Part shown: piece by piece, positions 49,600 to 60,238 of the stretch
How positions within the stretch are numbered: position 1 is the stretch's first letter
Layout of the letters: each line of letters opens with the position of its first letter
Source: Bacillota bacterium
Lineage (GTDB): Bacteria > Bacillota > Clostridia > TANB77 > CAG-465
NCBI GenBank assembly: GCA_023410645.1
Contig: JAEYPQ010000023.1
Location: forward strand, 3,168 to 67,167
Length of the DNA: 64,000 nucleotides
Direction of reading: 5' to 3'
Notes under the pieces: generated by a model
Databases searched by the model: none
Told to the model about the DNA's origin: nothing
Seen by the model: the letters and a program-made list of their open reading frames with translations, nothing else
Made by a program: the position numbers and the translations under genes

Positions 49600-50964
49600 C
49601 TATTTTTTAAAATAATCATTTTTTGTTACTTGTTTGCTTCTTGCAACTGCAAGTGAGTTAGCAGGAACATCTTCAGTTATAACGGAACCAGCACCAACAA
49701 TTGAATTTTCTTCTATTGTTACTGGTGCAAGAAGAGCACTATTACATCCAATAAAGGCACCATCTTTTATTACAGTCCTATTTTTTTCCCATTTAGTATT
49801 CATGTTAGCAGTTATAACTCCACATGCAATTTCAACATTTTTTCCAATATCTGCATCTCCAATATATATGTGATGAGGTACTTTTGTACCAGTTCCAACA
49901 TTTACATTTTTAGTTTCAACGAAACTTCCTACTTTACAATTTTCACTAATATTTGATTTTGGTCTTAGGTGAGCAAATGGCCCAATTTTAGAGTTACTTT
50001 GTATAACGCTACTATCTACTTTACTTGTTTCTATAACAACATTATCACCGATTATAGAAGAGATAATATGTGAATTAGGTCCAATAATACAATTTTCCCC
50101 TATAACAGTTTCACCTTGTATATTTGTTCCAGGATAGATGATTGTATCTTTACCAATTTTTGCATCTAAGCTTATATATGTATTGTCAGGATCAATTAAT
50201 GTAACTCCATTATTCATGTGTTCTCTTCTTGTTTTGTTAAGTAAAGTACAAGTTGCAATAGATAATTCTTCTCTTGAATTAATACCTTGGAACTCAGAAA
50301 TATCAGGTATAGTATACACACCAAAATTATATCCCATTTCTTTTATATGATATGGAATATCAGTAATATAGTATTCTTTTTGTGCATTATTGTTATTAAG
50401 TTTACCTAAAGACTTTTTAAGCAACCCACCTTTAAAGCAGTAAACACCAATATTTACTTCATCTACTTTTTCTTCTTCTTCAGTGCAATCTTTCTTTTCC
50501 ACGATTTTATTTAAGTTTCCAAATTCATCACGAATTATTCTACCAAGTGATCCTGCTTCATCAACTATTGCAGATAAAACTACACCACCATAATTTCCTT
50601 GTTCACAAAAGGAAATTAATGATTTTATAGTTTGTGAAGAGATAAGAGGTTGATCTGCATTTATTACAAAAACAAGATCCTCATCTTTTATATATTCTTC
50701 AGCTTGCATTGTTGCATGACCAGTTCCAAGTTGTTCAGCCTGAAATACACATTTTAAGTTTTTTCTTGATTTTAAATGCTCCTCAACAACTTCAGCCTTG
50801 TGACCAACAATTACAAAGGTTTCTTTAATATTTGCATCTTCACATGCATCACATACATAATCTATGATACATCTATCATAAATTTTATGTAGTACTTTTG
50901 GAAGTTCAGATTTCATTCTAGTTCCTTTACCACCTGCAAGTATAATTGCTTTAATATTAGGCAT
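49600..50964 (-). CDS. glmU: Bifunctional UDP-N-acetylglucosamine pyrophosphorylase / glucosamine-1-phosphate N-acetyltransferase
   Basis: The N-terminus reads MPNIKAIILAGGKGTRM. The C-terminal half carries left-handed beta-helix hexapeptide repeats. Confidence 0.9.
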   Translation of the reverse strand: MPNIKAIILAGGKGTRMKSELPKVLHKIYDRCIIDYVCDACEDANIKETFVIVGHKAEVVEEHLKSRKNLKCVFQAEQLGTGHATMQAEEYIKDEDLVFVINADQPLISSQTIKSLISFCEQGNYGGVVLSAIVDEAGSLGRIIRDEFGNLNKIVEKKDCTEEEEKVDEVNIGVYCFKGGLLKKSLGKLNNNNAQKEYYITDIPYHIKEMGYNFGVYTIPDISEFQGINSREELSIATCTLLNKTRREHMNNGVTLIDPDNTYISLDAKIGKDTIIYPGTNIQGETVIGENCIIGPNSHIISSIIGDNVVIETSKVDSSVIQSNSKIGPFAHLRPKSNISENCKVGSFVETKNVNVGTGTKVPHHIYIGDADIGKNVEIACGVITANMNTKWEKNRTVIKDGAFIGCNSALLAPVTIEENSIVGAGSVITEDVPANSLAVARSKQVTKNDYFKK

Positions 50965-51095
50965 TTTATATCACACTCCTTAATTTAATATATACTATGC
51001 GAAAATTATAAAATAATTTACGGATTTATTTTACCATAAAATATTAATATTGTAAACTAATAAGAAAAATATCACTTAAATTTCACAAATATAAA

Positions 51096-51135
51096 GTCGA
51101 AAATAGGAGATAAATATGTATTATATTTATCTCCT
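51096..51135 (-). terminator. Intrinsic terminator of rmuC
   Basis: AGGAGATAAATA-tgtatta-TATTTATCTCCT. Confidence 0.5.
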
Positions 51136-51149
51136 ATAAAGCTTAAATA

Positions 51150-52421
51150 CTAGACTACATCTAGGTTATCATCTTCACTTAAAAGTAAAAATTCAGTTTC
51201 ATCTGACGGTATTGGTAATGCCTCGACATTTTTTAATTTTCTTTCAATAGTCCTTGTTTTTTTAGTTGCTTGTTCCATTGTTGAAGAAATTTCAAGTAAT
51301 TTTTTATTTGTTTTATCTAATATATCACCAAATTTCATAAATTCAGATTTAACTATACCAAGTAATTGCCAAACTTCACTAGTTCTTTTTTCAATAGCAA
51401 GAGTTTTAAATCCCATTTGTAAACTGTTAAGTAATGCTACAAATGTAGTAGGACCAGATACTACAATCCTATATTTTTGAGATATAAATTCACAAAGGCC
51501 GGTATTTTTTAATACTTCACAATATAGACTTTCAGTTGGTAAAAACATTATACCAAAATCTGTAGTGTAAGGTGATTCTATATATTTATCATGAATATCT
51601 TTAGCAAAAGATTTAATTGAATTTTCTAGTTTTTTTCTAGATTCTTGAATTGCAACTGTATCTGCTAAGTCTTCTGCATCAACAAGTCTAGAATAATCTT
51701 CAATCGGAAATTTTGAATCAACTGGTAACCAGACAAATTCATTATCATTTCTACCAGGAAGTTTAATTGCAAATTCTACTAAATCATTTGATTTTGGCTT
51801 TGTTTTTACATTTTGTTCATATTGATCGTTAGTTAAGAATTGTTCTAATATATTTCCAAGCTGTATCTCACCCCAGAAACCTCTAGATTTTACATTTGTA
51901 AATACTTTTTTTAAATCACCAACACCTTGTGCAAGTGTTTGCATTTCACCTAAACCTTTATATACAGATTCGAGTCTATCATTTACAACTTTAAAAGATT
52001 CACCAAGTCTTTGTTCTAGAGTATTATGCAATTTTTCATCAACTGTAACTCTCATTTTTTCAATTTTTTCTGCATTATCCTTTTGAATTTCAGTTAGTTT
52101 TCCTTCAACACTCATACGTATAATCTCAAGCTTTTCATCTATATTTTTACGTGTGTTTTCAAGTTTTGTTTCATTTAAATTAGTTAGATTAGCAAGTTGC
52201 ATTTGTTGAGTATTTGCATTTTCATTTATTTTTGTTCCAATATTTCTTGTAAGTTCTTCACGTGTTTGCATTAGCATAGTTGAAAGTTCTTTTCTTACAG
52301 AATTAAATTCATCAATAAATTCTTTTGAGTTTTTTTGCTTATTATTAAAGTATATTAATAAAATTATTGTAACAATAAGTAAAACAATTGTTACAATAAA
52401 TAGTAGTATTGTTATATCCAT
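51150..52421 (-). CDS. rmuC: DNA recombination protein RmuC
   Basis: N-terminal TM segment, a long coiled coil and a C-terminal RmuC domain. Confidence 0.7.
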   Translation of the reverse strand: MDITILLFIVTIVLLIVTIILLIYFNNKQKNSKEFIDEFNSVRKELSTMLMQTREELTRNIGTKINENANTQQMQLANLTNLNETKLENTRKNIDEKLEIIRMSVEGKLTEIQKDNAEKIEKMRVTVDEKLHNTLEQRLGESFKVVNDRLESVYKGLGEMQTLAQGVGDLKKVFTNVKSRGFWGEIQLGNILEQFLTNDQYEQNVKTKPKSNDLVEFAIKLPGRNDNEFVWLPVDSKFPIEDYSRLVDAEDLADTVAIQESRKKLENSIKSFAKDIHDKYIESPYTTDFGIMFLPTESLYCEVLKNTGLCEFISQKYRIVVSGPTTFVALLNSLQMGFKTLAIEKRTSEVWQLLGIVKSEFMKFGDILDKTNKKLLEISSTMEQATKKTRTIERKLKNVEALPIPSDETEFLLLSEDDNLDVV

Positions 52422-52499
52422 ATATTTACCTCTTTTCTAGATAAATATATTATATCAAATGAACTTTTGTTTGTCAATTAAATAAATAGTAAATATATT

Positions 52500-53672
52500 T
52501 TATAGTTTTGAAATATAAATTAGAGTATTTAAAATAGCAATTTTATTATTTTGAATTTCACTAAGTAAAGAATTAATATTAGCAAATGGACCAATCGGAT
52601 TACCATTTAATTTTGAAAGTTCTATGGTAAGAGCGTATACTTTTTTTAAACTAATTCTATAATAGTCCATTATTCCATATTTTATTTCTTCATCCATTAT
52701 TTCATATCCAGTATAGCTTGAATATTTTTTCATAACTCCAGCGTAGCATGCAATTTTATTATTTGTGGCATGATCTTTATCTGGAGAACTATATATTTCT
52801 CCACCAGTTGAATGAAATGAAAAAATAGCAATAAATTTTTCATCAGTAGTAGTATAATTTAAGTTATATAAACTATTTATATATTTATGAAGAGCAAGAT
52901 TTTCAGGGCATCTTGTATCAAATGGAAAATCTCCAGGATATCCAATAGGACTTGGCTTAGTTGTAGGTATATCATTATATCTTAGGTTTGCAAATTTCTT
53001 TTTGTTTGCAAGTTTTTTTGCTTGCTTAAAATTATGAATAGAATTTCTGTTTAAATCAATTCCCATGCCATTTGCTGACCAAGTTGGTAAAACAGAAGAA
53101 CTAAGATTACAATTTTTTAATATTCTTTCAACATTCTTTCTTAATTTTTCATCTGGAATATATTCAGTTGAAGTTTTAAGTACATTTCTATGTTCTTTAT
53201 TTGCTTTAATATTTTTCTTTGCTATTTCATCATCAAGATTATATTTTTTCAAATATTCTTTAGCTAATTCTTCAAATTCAGTAGTTGTAAGTCCCTTTAC
53301 ATTTTGACATACATTAGATGTTGATATGATATATCCTTCAGGATTTAAAATAGGTATTATGTGAAAGGTATAATATTTAGAATACTTTTCATATAACTCG
53401 TCATCATTTAATATAGTCAAAATAAACTCAAGTAAAAAATATGTAGTTACAATTTCACATCCATGTGTATCACCTAATAGTAGAACATGTCTTTTACCAT
53501 AGCCTATTTTATAACAGTCAATTGGATAGTTAAACGTAGTATATCCAATTGGACTTGCAGTGTCTCTAATAATCTTTGATTTATATTTTGGGTTATTTAT
53601 TATTGAATATAGATAATTACATACATTTTGATAAGATAGAACATAATCTGTTAAATAAATTTTATTTTTCAT
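52500..53672 (-). CDS. M14-family zinc carboxypeptidase (gamma-D-glutamyl-diamino-acid endopeptidase-like)
   Basis: Zn ligands GDTHGCE and FSFHSTGG. The protein is 390 aa. Confidence 0.65.
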   Translation of the reverse strand: MKNKIYLTDYVLSYQNVCNYLYSIINNPKYKSKIIRDTASPIGYTTFNYPIDCYKIGYGKRHVLLLGDTHGCEIVTTYFLLEFILTILNDDELYEKYSKYYTFHIIPILNPEGYIISTSNVCQNVKGLTTTEFEELAKEYLKKYNLDDEIAKKNIKANKEHRNVLKTSTEYIPDEKLRKNVERILKNCNLSSSVLPTWSANGMGIDLNRNSIHNFKQAKKLANKKKFANLRYNDIPTTKPSPIGYPGDFPFDTRCPENLALHKYINSLYNLNYTTTDEKFIAIFSFHSTGGEIYSSPDKDHATNNKIACYAGVMKKYSSYTGYEIMDEEIKYGIMDYYRISLKKVYALTIELSKLNGNPIGPFANINSLLSEIQNNKIAILNTLIYISKL

Positions 53673-53916
53673 ATTACCACCTTTTAAATAATATTAAAGT
53701 TGGACAAATAATATGAATGATTTGGCAAAGATTAAATTATTAAAAATACAATTTTTTAAATAAATAAAAAATATTATTTTTCCAGGCATATATTAATTTT
53801 ACTTGGAAAATAAGGAAAGGGTTATTAGAGTAAATACTTGGAAAAAATTATATCAAATATTGAATTGTAAATGAGTTTGTGATATTATAAAAATGTAAAA
53901 TGTTTATTTTATGTTA

Positions 53917-56309
53917 GTTTAACTTTAACAAGAGTTGTATTTAAATTATTTTTGGGTTATATGTCTTTCCAAAATTTGATAGTTTAACTTTAACAAGAGT
54001 TGTATTTAAATTTCTAAGAATTTCTTTAATTCTTTTTCTTCTACACTGTTTAACTTTAACAAGAGTTGTATTTAAATGTTTCTTTGTTGAACATTAGCAT
54101 TTTAGGTTCTTCGTTTAACTTTAACAAGAGTTGTATTTAAATTACATTTCTTCTGTAATCATAATACCACTCCTTATTGTTTAACTTTAACAAGAGTTGT
54201 ATTTAAATAAGAATACAAGAGGCAGGAGGAAATTATATCGAAAGTTTAACTTTAACAAGAGTTGTATTTAAATTATGGAATTATCTAAACGTTTAACACA
54301 GTTAAGAGGTTTAACTTTAACAAGAGTTGTATTTAAATCGTAGCAGTAAATGAACTTATAGATGGTTATGAAGCGTTTAACTTTAACAAGAGTTGTATTT
54401 AAATATAAATAAAACTAAGCAAGCTGTTAAAAGACATATGTTTAACTTTAACAAGAGTTGTATTTAAATTTTGATTGTCTGTTTGACCATCTATGTACTC
54501 TATGTTTAACTTTAACAAGAGTTGTATTTAAATTTTTTTAATTTTTCAATTATTTTATTTCTATTTAAGTTTAACTTTAACAAGAGTTGTATTTAAATAG
54601 TAATTGAAATAGCTAAAAGAGAAAAGAAAGCAGAGTTTAACTTTAACAAGAGTTGTATTTAAATCAAAGAAGAAAAAATGAATTTATGTGGAAGTATGAG
54701 TTTAACTTTAACAAGAGTTGTATTTAAATTTGCTTTACCTGGAGCTTTATCTTGTGTATCAATTCCGTTTAACTTTAACAAGAGTTGTATTTAAATAATA
54801 TTTATGAGAATTGAAACAACTTATACATTTGGTTTAACTTTAACAAGAGTTGTATTTAAATAGCTCAGAAAGATATATGGTTGATATGCACATGATAGTT
54901 TAACTTTAACAAGAGTTGTATTTAAATCGATAAGAGATTTGACACAATTCCTTTTAACGAAGGTTTAACTTTAACAAGAGTTGTATTTAAATGTTTAATA
55001 AATAAGGAGTGGTATTATGATTACAGAAGTTTAACTTTAACAAGAGTTGTATTTAAATACTGGAAGAACGATGGAAGATGTAATGGAACGTATACGGTTT
55101 AACTTTAACAAGAGTTGTATTTAAATGTATTCAAGCCCTGATTATGGAGGTGTTAGTTATATGTTTAACTTTAACAAGAGTTGTATTTAAATTTTTGTAG
55201 TTTATTAACTCAAAAAAATTTTTAATAGTTTAACTTTAACAAGAGTTGTATTTAAATCCTCAATTCTTAACTATTGTAAGTTGGCAATAGTTAGTTTAAC
55301 TTTAACAAGAGTTGTATTTAAATATTATATTATTTTCTTGAGATTTATCCTTTGCTTTAGTTTAACTTTAACAAGAGTTGTATTTAAATTTATTACCTGA
55401 TGTTGGTGTACTATTCATACTATGTTTAACTTTAACAAGAGTTGTATTTAAATCTAGATTTATAATTGAGTCTATGATTTATATATTTAGTTTAACTTTA
55501 ACAAGAGTTGTATTTAAATATATTAAAAATAGAGTTAATCATTTTTACTTTTTTGTTTAACTTTAACAAGAGTTGTATTTAAATTGCGTATTCCATTTAA
55601 ATATTAATGTTCCATTTGGTTTAACTTTAACAAGAGTTGTATTTAAATTCAGGTTCAATTCCAACTCCTAAACTTAAATTACTGTTTAACTTTAACAAGA
55701 GTTGTATTTAAATAGTGCATTTGTTTGTTCATTTAATTTTCCTAAAGTAGTTTAACTTTAACAAGAGTTGTATTTAAATCCTAATTAATATTATACATTA
55801 ATTATTGTAAAAAAAGTTTAACTTTAACAAGAGTTGTATTTAAATAGATTTATGATGTTAATAAAGACCTCATTTGGTTCAGTTTAACTTTAACAAGAGT
55901 TGTATTTAAATCTTTCAGAAGATATAATTTGTTTTAATCTATTTGCTGTTTAACTTTAACAAGAGTTGTATTTAAATAGATAAAATGTTTCCTTATATCT
56001 TTTTAACTGTAATGTTTAACTTTAACAAGAGTTGTATTTAAATTTTAGCATGTGAAAGTGGGCTATTACAACATAGTTTAGTTTAACTTTAACAAGAGTT
56101 GTATTTAAATATTATATAAAATAGAAGACGATCTAGTAAATGGTATAGTTTAACTTTAACAAGAGTTGTATTTAAATTCGGAATATATATTATGACCACT
56201 TATGCTATCTACGTTTAACTTTAACAAAAGTTGTATTTAAATCCCATTTTTTTGCTATTATTTTTTGTTCTTTTTCAGAGTTTAACTTTACATAGGATGT
56301 TCTTAATTT
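53917..56309 (+). CRISPR. CRISPR array of about 37 repeats (36 spacers). The repeat is GTTTAACTTTAACAAGAGTTGTATTTAAAT (30 nt) and spacers are 34-38 nt. It is type I-B-like. The leader lies at the 53.7-53.9 kb end, and the repeats nearest the cas genes are degenerate.
   Basis: Identical 30-nt repeats recur every 65-67 nt. The penultimate repeat carries a G-to-A change (56213-56242). The last repeat is strongly degenerate (56280-56309). Confidence 0.97.
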
Positions 56310-56491
56310 TTAATCTTTTTTCATGTAATTAATCTCACTAATAATTTAAATTTTTTCTAATATTTAATTAACTTCTATATATTTTATAAAACAATATGTG
56401 AATAAAAAACTAAAAATAGAATATTATTTATATAAAATAACTTTTACATTCTGATGTATTTAAATATATTTTAGTACTAATAAAATTTTTC

Positions 56492-56520
56492 CATTTAACT
56501 CTAACAATTGTTGTATAAAT
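56492..56520 (+). repeat. Isolated degenerate CRISPR repeat remnant about 180 nt beyond the array end
   Basis: ATTTAACTCTAACAATTGTTGTATAAAT matches the repeat consensus at about 24 of 30 positions. Confidence 0.5.
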
Positions 56521-56809
56521 TATACACTTAATCAATATTATAGTAATAATAAATCATGGTGGTGATAAACATTGAAATTTATTATTATAAAAGAACAAAA
56601 ATATTCAAAATTAACAAATAAAATATTAAACTTAAATGCTAATGAAAATATAATATTCTTTAAAAAAGAATTTGTAATGGAACAAATTGTATTACAAATA
56701 AATATTTATAGTTAATTTTATTATATTGTTAAATTTATTTTTTCGACAAAAAAAGACATTGAAATGTCTAATAAAGTAGTATAATGTTGAAAAGAAAGGT
56801 GGTGAAAAA

Positions 56810-57490
56810 ATGATATCATACAATATAAAAGTTGTATTAAATCCTATAGAGGATATTTACTATGAAAATACATATGAGTATTTATCTAACTTAATAGCAT
56901 TTGCTATGTCAAAAGATATAGAACTAAGAAATTTACATGAACAAAATACATATAAGTTATATTCATTTTGCTCATTATATCCTTATCAAAAGGATGGAAT
57001 TTATAAAGCGGGAAATATATTTCAATTTGATATTAGAACAATAGACTTTAAATTTGCTATAAAGATAAAACAATTATTTTCAGATGTACAAACTAAACAT
57101 TTTAAAGTTATAATGACTAATATTCAAACAAATGAACAAAGGAAAATTAATAAATTAATAACTCTTACGCCATCAATAATCACTACAACAGAAAAAGGCT
57201 ATAAAATTGATGACGATCTTGAACTAATAAAGAAAAGAATTATTGCTGGTGCTGAAAAAAAATATAAAAAAATATTTGATAAAGAAATTTCACATGATTT
57301 TATAAAAAGCATAAATAAAATTAATATTAAGCCTATAAAAATACCATACAAGTCAATTAGTTTCCTTGCAAATAAGTTTGAAATTTATATAAATCAAGAT
57401 GAAATATCACAAAATCTAGCATATATACTTTTTAGTACAGGAGTATTAGAAAAGAATTCATTAGGTTTTGGATTTTGTAGAGCAAACTAG
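56810..57490 (+). CDS. cas6: Cas6 (type I-B crRNA endoribonuclease)
   Basis: It is the first gene after the array. The C-terminal Gly-rich loop reads GVLEKNSLGFGFC. The protein is 226 aa. Confidence 0.7.
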   Translation: MISYNIKVVLNPIEDIYYENTYEYLSNLIAFAMSKDIELRNLHEQNTYKLYSFCSLYPYQKDGIYKAGNIFQFDIRTIDFKFAIKIKQLFSDVQTKHFKVIMTNIQTNEQRKINKLITLTPSIITTTEKGYKIDDDLELIKKRIIAGAEKKYKKIFDKEISHDFIKSINKINIKPIKIPYKSISFLANKFEIYINQDEISQNLAYILFSTGVLEKNSLGFGFCRAN

Positions 57491-57503
57491 AGGAGGTGTT
57501 ATA

Positions 57504-59300
57504 ATGATTAAAGAATTGTTAAATAATTTTGGAAAATATTTTGAAGATGAAAAAGTTGTACTTTCTTCATATAAGTTACAAAATGGAATCTATTATTTAT
57601 TCTCTAAAGACGGTAATTTAATTAATAAATTAGAAGTTTCTAAAGATACAGATAATTCAAGTAGCATATATCAATATTTTAAAGTTCGTGATTTTTATAG
57701 TAATTATATAGATTCAAATAAAGCAGTGGAAAATAGTGTTAAAGAGAAATACGATAATATTGAATATTCAATGAATAAGAAAATATGTAGTAATAATCAT
57801 TTAACACTATTTTTTAAAAATAAATTTGTTCAAGGAATAAGTGGTAAAATTAACGATAAGGATGCAGTTCCAGTACAGATATTTAAAAATGGAATTAATG
57901 AATATTTTAAATCGTTAGCTAATTTAGGTGAAAATAGCAAAAAAGGCGAAAAAGAGATAATTGAAAATATTACAAATATTATTTCAGAAAAAGAAGATAT
58001 ATATTCCAATAAGGATAATTTGCAGAATTCATTTGATAAAGTAATAGATGACCTAAAATCAAAAGAAGATATAAAGTACGATATATGGATTAAAGTATTT
58101 ACTGAAGCTTCAATAGAAGAGTATGAGAAAGCATCAAATAAATATATAGCATTGAAGCTATTTAATAAAAATGATAATAATGTTGTAATAAATAATGAAA
58201 TATATGGAATTAATAATTATAATTTTGGACTTAATTCAAAGAAACCATTTTTAGAATTAAAATCCACTCCATATAAAATTGGTCTAATAGGCTCAGATGA
58301 AATAAGAAAAACAAGAAATTTATACACATGGTTACTAAAAAATTGTTCTGTAAAAAATTATACACTTATACCAGTCGATTTTGATTTTAAAACAGATTTA
58401 TATGAAAAAAGAGAAATAGATAATAAGTCAGTATATCTTATGAGAGTTATAAATGATAATGGCAATGCTAAAGTAGAAGATTTCGAGATAATACCTAGGT
58501 ACAGTACTAAGATAAGAAGATTTGAGTGCGATAATTATATAAATAATAAATTAAATTTAGATAATATATATATAAATACAGAATTTATTAATGAATTAGA
58601 GTCTTTTGTTAGTGAAATTTGGTTTTCAAAATATTTAATACAATCATATTACAATTTTAAAGATAGTGTATCAAAAGCAAAAATACAAGAATGGAAGAAA
58701 AATGTTTTAAAACGATATTCTAAAATATTTAGAGAATTATTTCTAAAGGAAGATCCTACTTTATTTAAACAAAACTTAGATAAAATTGCAAGTGAAATAA
58801 CTATATGTATGTTAAAAGATGAAATATCTAAAAAACAATATTTTAATGCATCAAAATCTATGTGTTTATGGATAGCACTAGATTCATATTTTCAAGATAA
58901 GGAGATGAATTTGAATATGAAAATTAATAATACTATTGAAAAAGCTAAAGAAATAGCAAAAAATTCTGGTACCATAAATGATGATAAATTATACTATTTC
59001 CTTGTTGGTCAAGTTACTTATTATTTAGTGAGCTTAAGTAGAGCATCAAGTTTAAAACAAGATATAATAGAACCAATTATTAAATCAAATAATATTTTGA
59101 AACTTAAATCATCATTACAATTTTTACATAATAAATATAAACATGAAATCTATTTGAAAAATGAGAAGTTTAATAATATTTTTTCACAAATATTATTAAA
59201 TGAACCTGATGAAAGTGTAAAAGAAAATACAGATATGATACTTTCTGGTATTCTATCAAAAAATATTTTTTTTGAATCAATTAAAGAGGAGGAAAATTAA
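57504..59300 (+). CDS. cas8b: Cas8b (type I-B large subunit)
   Basis: About 600 aa protein between cas6 and cas7. RBS AGAGGAGGTG precedes the ATG at 57504. Confidence 0.65.
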   Translation: MIKELLNNFGKYFEDEKVVLSSYKLQNGIYYLFSKDGNLINKLEVSKDTDNSSSIYQYFKVRDFYSNYIDSNKAVENSVKEKYDNIEYSMNKKICSNNHLTLFFKNKFVQGISGKINDKDAVPVQIFKNGINEYFKSLANLGENSKKGEKEIIENITNIISEKEDIYSNKDNLQNSFDKVIDDLKSKEDIKYDIWIKVFTEASIEEYEKASNKYIALKLFNKNDNNVVINNEIYGINNYNFGLNSKKPFLELKSTPYKIGLIGSDEIRKTRNLYTWLLKNCSVKNYTLIPVDFDFKTDLYEKREIDNKSVYLMRVINDNGNAKVEDFEIIPRYSTKIRRFECDNYINNKLNLDNIYINTEFINELESFVSEIWFSKYLIQSYYNFKDSVSKAKIQEWKKNVLKRYSKIFRELFLKEDPTLFKQNLDKIASEITICMLKDEISKKQYFNASKSMCLWIALDSYFQDKEMNLNMKINNTIEKAKEIAKNSGTINDDKLYYFLVGQVTYYLVSLSRASSLKQDIIEPIIKSNNILKLKSSLQFLHNKYKHEIYLKNEKFNNIFSQILLNEPDESVKENTDMILSGILSKNIFFESIKEEEN

Positions 59301-59302
59301 TT

Positions 59303-60229
59303 ATGGAAGAAATGAAACAAAGAGTATATGGAGTTATTGGAATTAAAAGTAAAATGGCTAATTGGAATGCTGATTTTACTGGAATGCCTAAAACTACATC
59401 AAATAATGATATATATGGTAGTGATAAGGCATTTAAATATCCTATTAAAAAAATGTGGGAAAATGATCCTAATAATAAGGTATTATACGTTAAATCATAT
59501 AAAAAAGAAAAAGAAAATGTTCAGGCCAGAAATTTGAGTGAAAGATATAATTATATATTTGGAAAAAGTCTAAAAGATATCAAAAATAAAGATGAAGTAA
59601 TACTTGATTTATTTAGCGCAATTGATGTATTAAATTTTGGTGCTACTTTTGCAGAGGAAAAAAATAATATTAGTATAACTGGAGCCGTTCAAATAGGACA
59701 AGGATATAATAAATATGATGGTACAAATATTGAAATAATTGATATTTTATCACCTTTTAGGGACTCAACTAAAGATGATGCAAATAATAGCTCTATTGGT
59801 ACTAAAATAGTATCTGATGAAGCACATTATATGTATCCTTTTGCAGTTAATCCTTATAACTATAATATATATAAAGAATTACTAGGTAATAAATTTGTAG
59901 GTTATACAAGGGAAGCATATAATCAATTAAAAAAAGGATGTCTAATAGCTGCGACAGCATATAATACTAATAGCAAATTAGGGTGCGAAAATGAGTTTGC
60001 ATTATTTGTAGAATGCAAAGAAAATAGTAAATTATACCTTCCGAATTTAGATGAATACGTATTTTTTAGGAAAAATAATGGTTCAAAAGATATTATAGAT
60101 ATATCGAAAATATCAGAAATGTTATCGGAAGTAAAAAATGAAATTGAAAAAGTAGAAATATACTATAATAAATATACTATAGAAATATTAGGAGCAAAAG
60201 AAGATTATATAATAAAAGAACTATTTTAG
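59303..60229 (+). CDS. cas7: Cas7 (Csh2/Cst2 family)
   Basis: The size (308 aa), the position and N-terminal similarity to I-B Cas7 (VYGVIGIKSKMANWNADF) all fit. Confidence 0.75.
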   Translation: MEEMKQRVYGVIGIKSKMANWNADFTGMPKTTSNNDIYGSDKAFKYPIKKMWENDPNNKVLYVKSYKKEKENVQARNLSERYNYIFGKSLKDIKNKDEVILDLFSAIDVLNFGATFAEEKNNISITGAVQIGQGYNKYDGTNIEIIDILSPFRDSTKDDANNSSIGTKIVSDEAHYMYPFAVNPYNYNIYKELLGNKFVGYTREAYNQLKKGCLIAATAYNTNSKLGCENEFALFVECKENSKLYLPNLDEYVFFRKNNGSKDIIDISKISEMLSEVKNEIEKVEIYYNKYTIEILGAKEDYIIKELF

Positions 60230-60238
60230 GAGGAGTAA

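Noticed and set aside
55378-55560. 60-aa ORF in the six-frame track
   Set aside because: It lies entirely inside the CRISPR array, where the repeat translates to LTLTRVVFK. This is an artefact of repeat periodicity.
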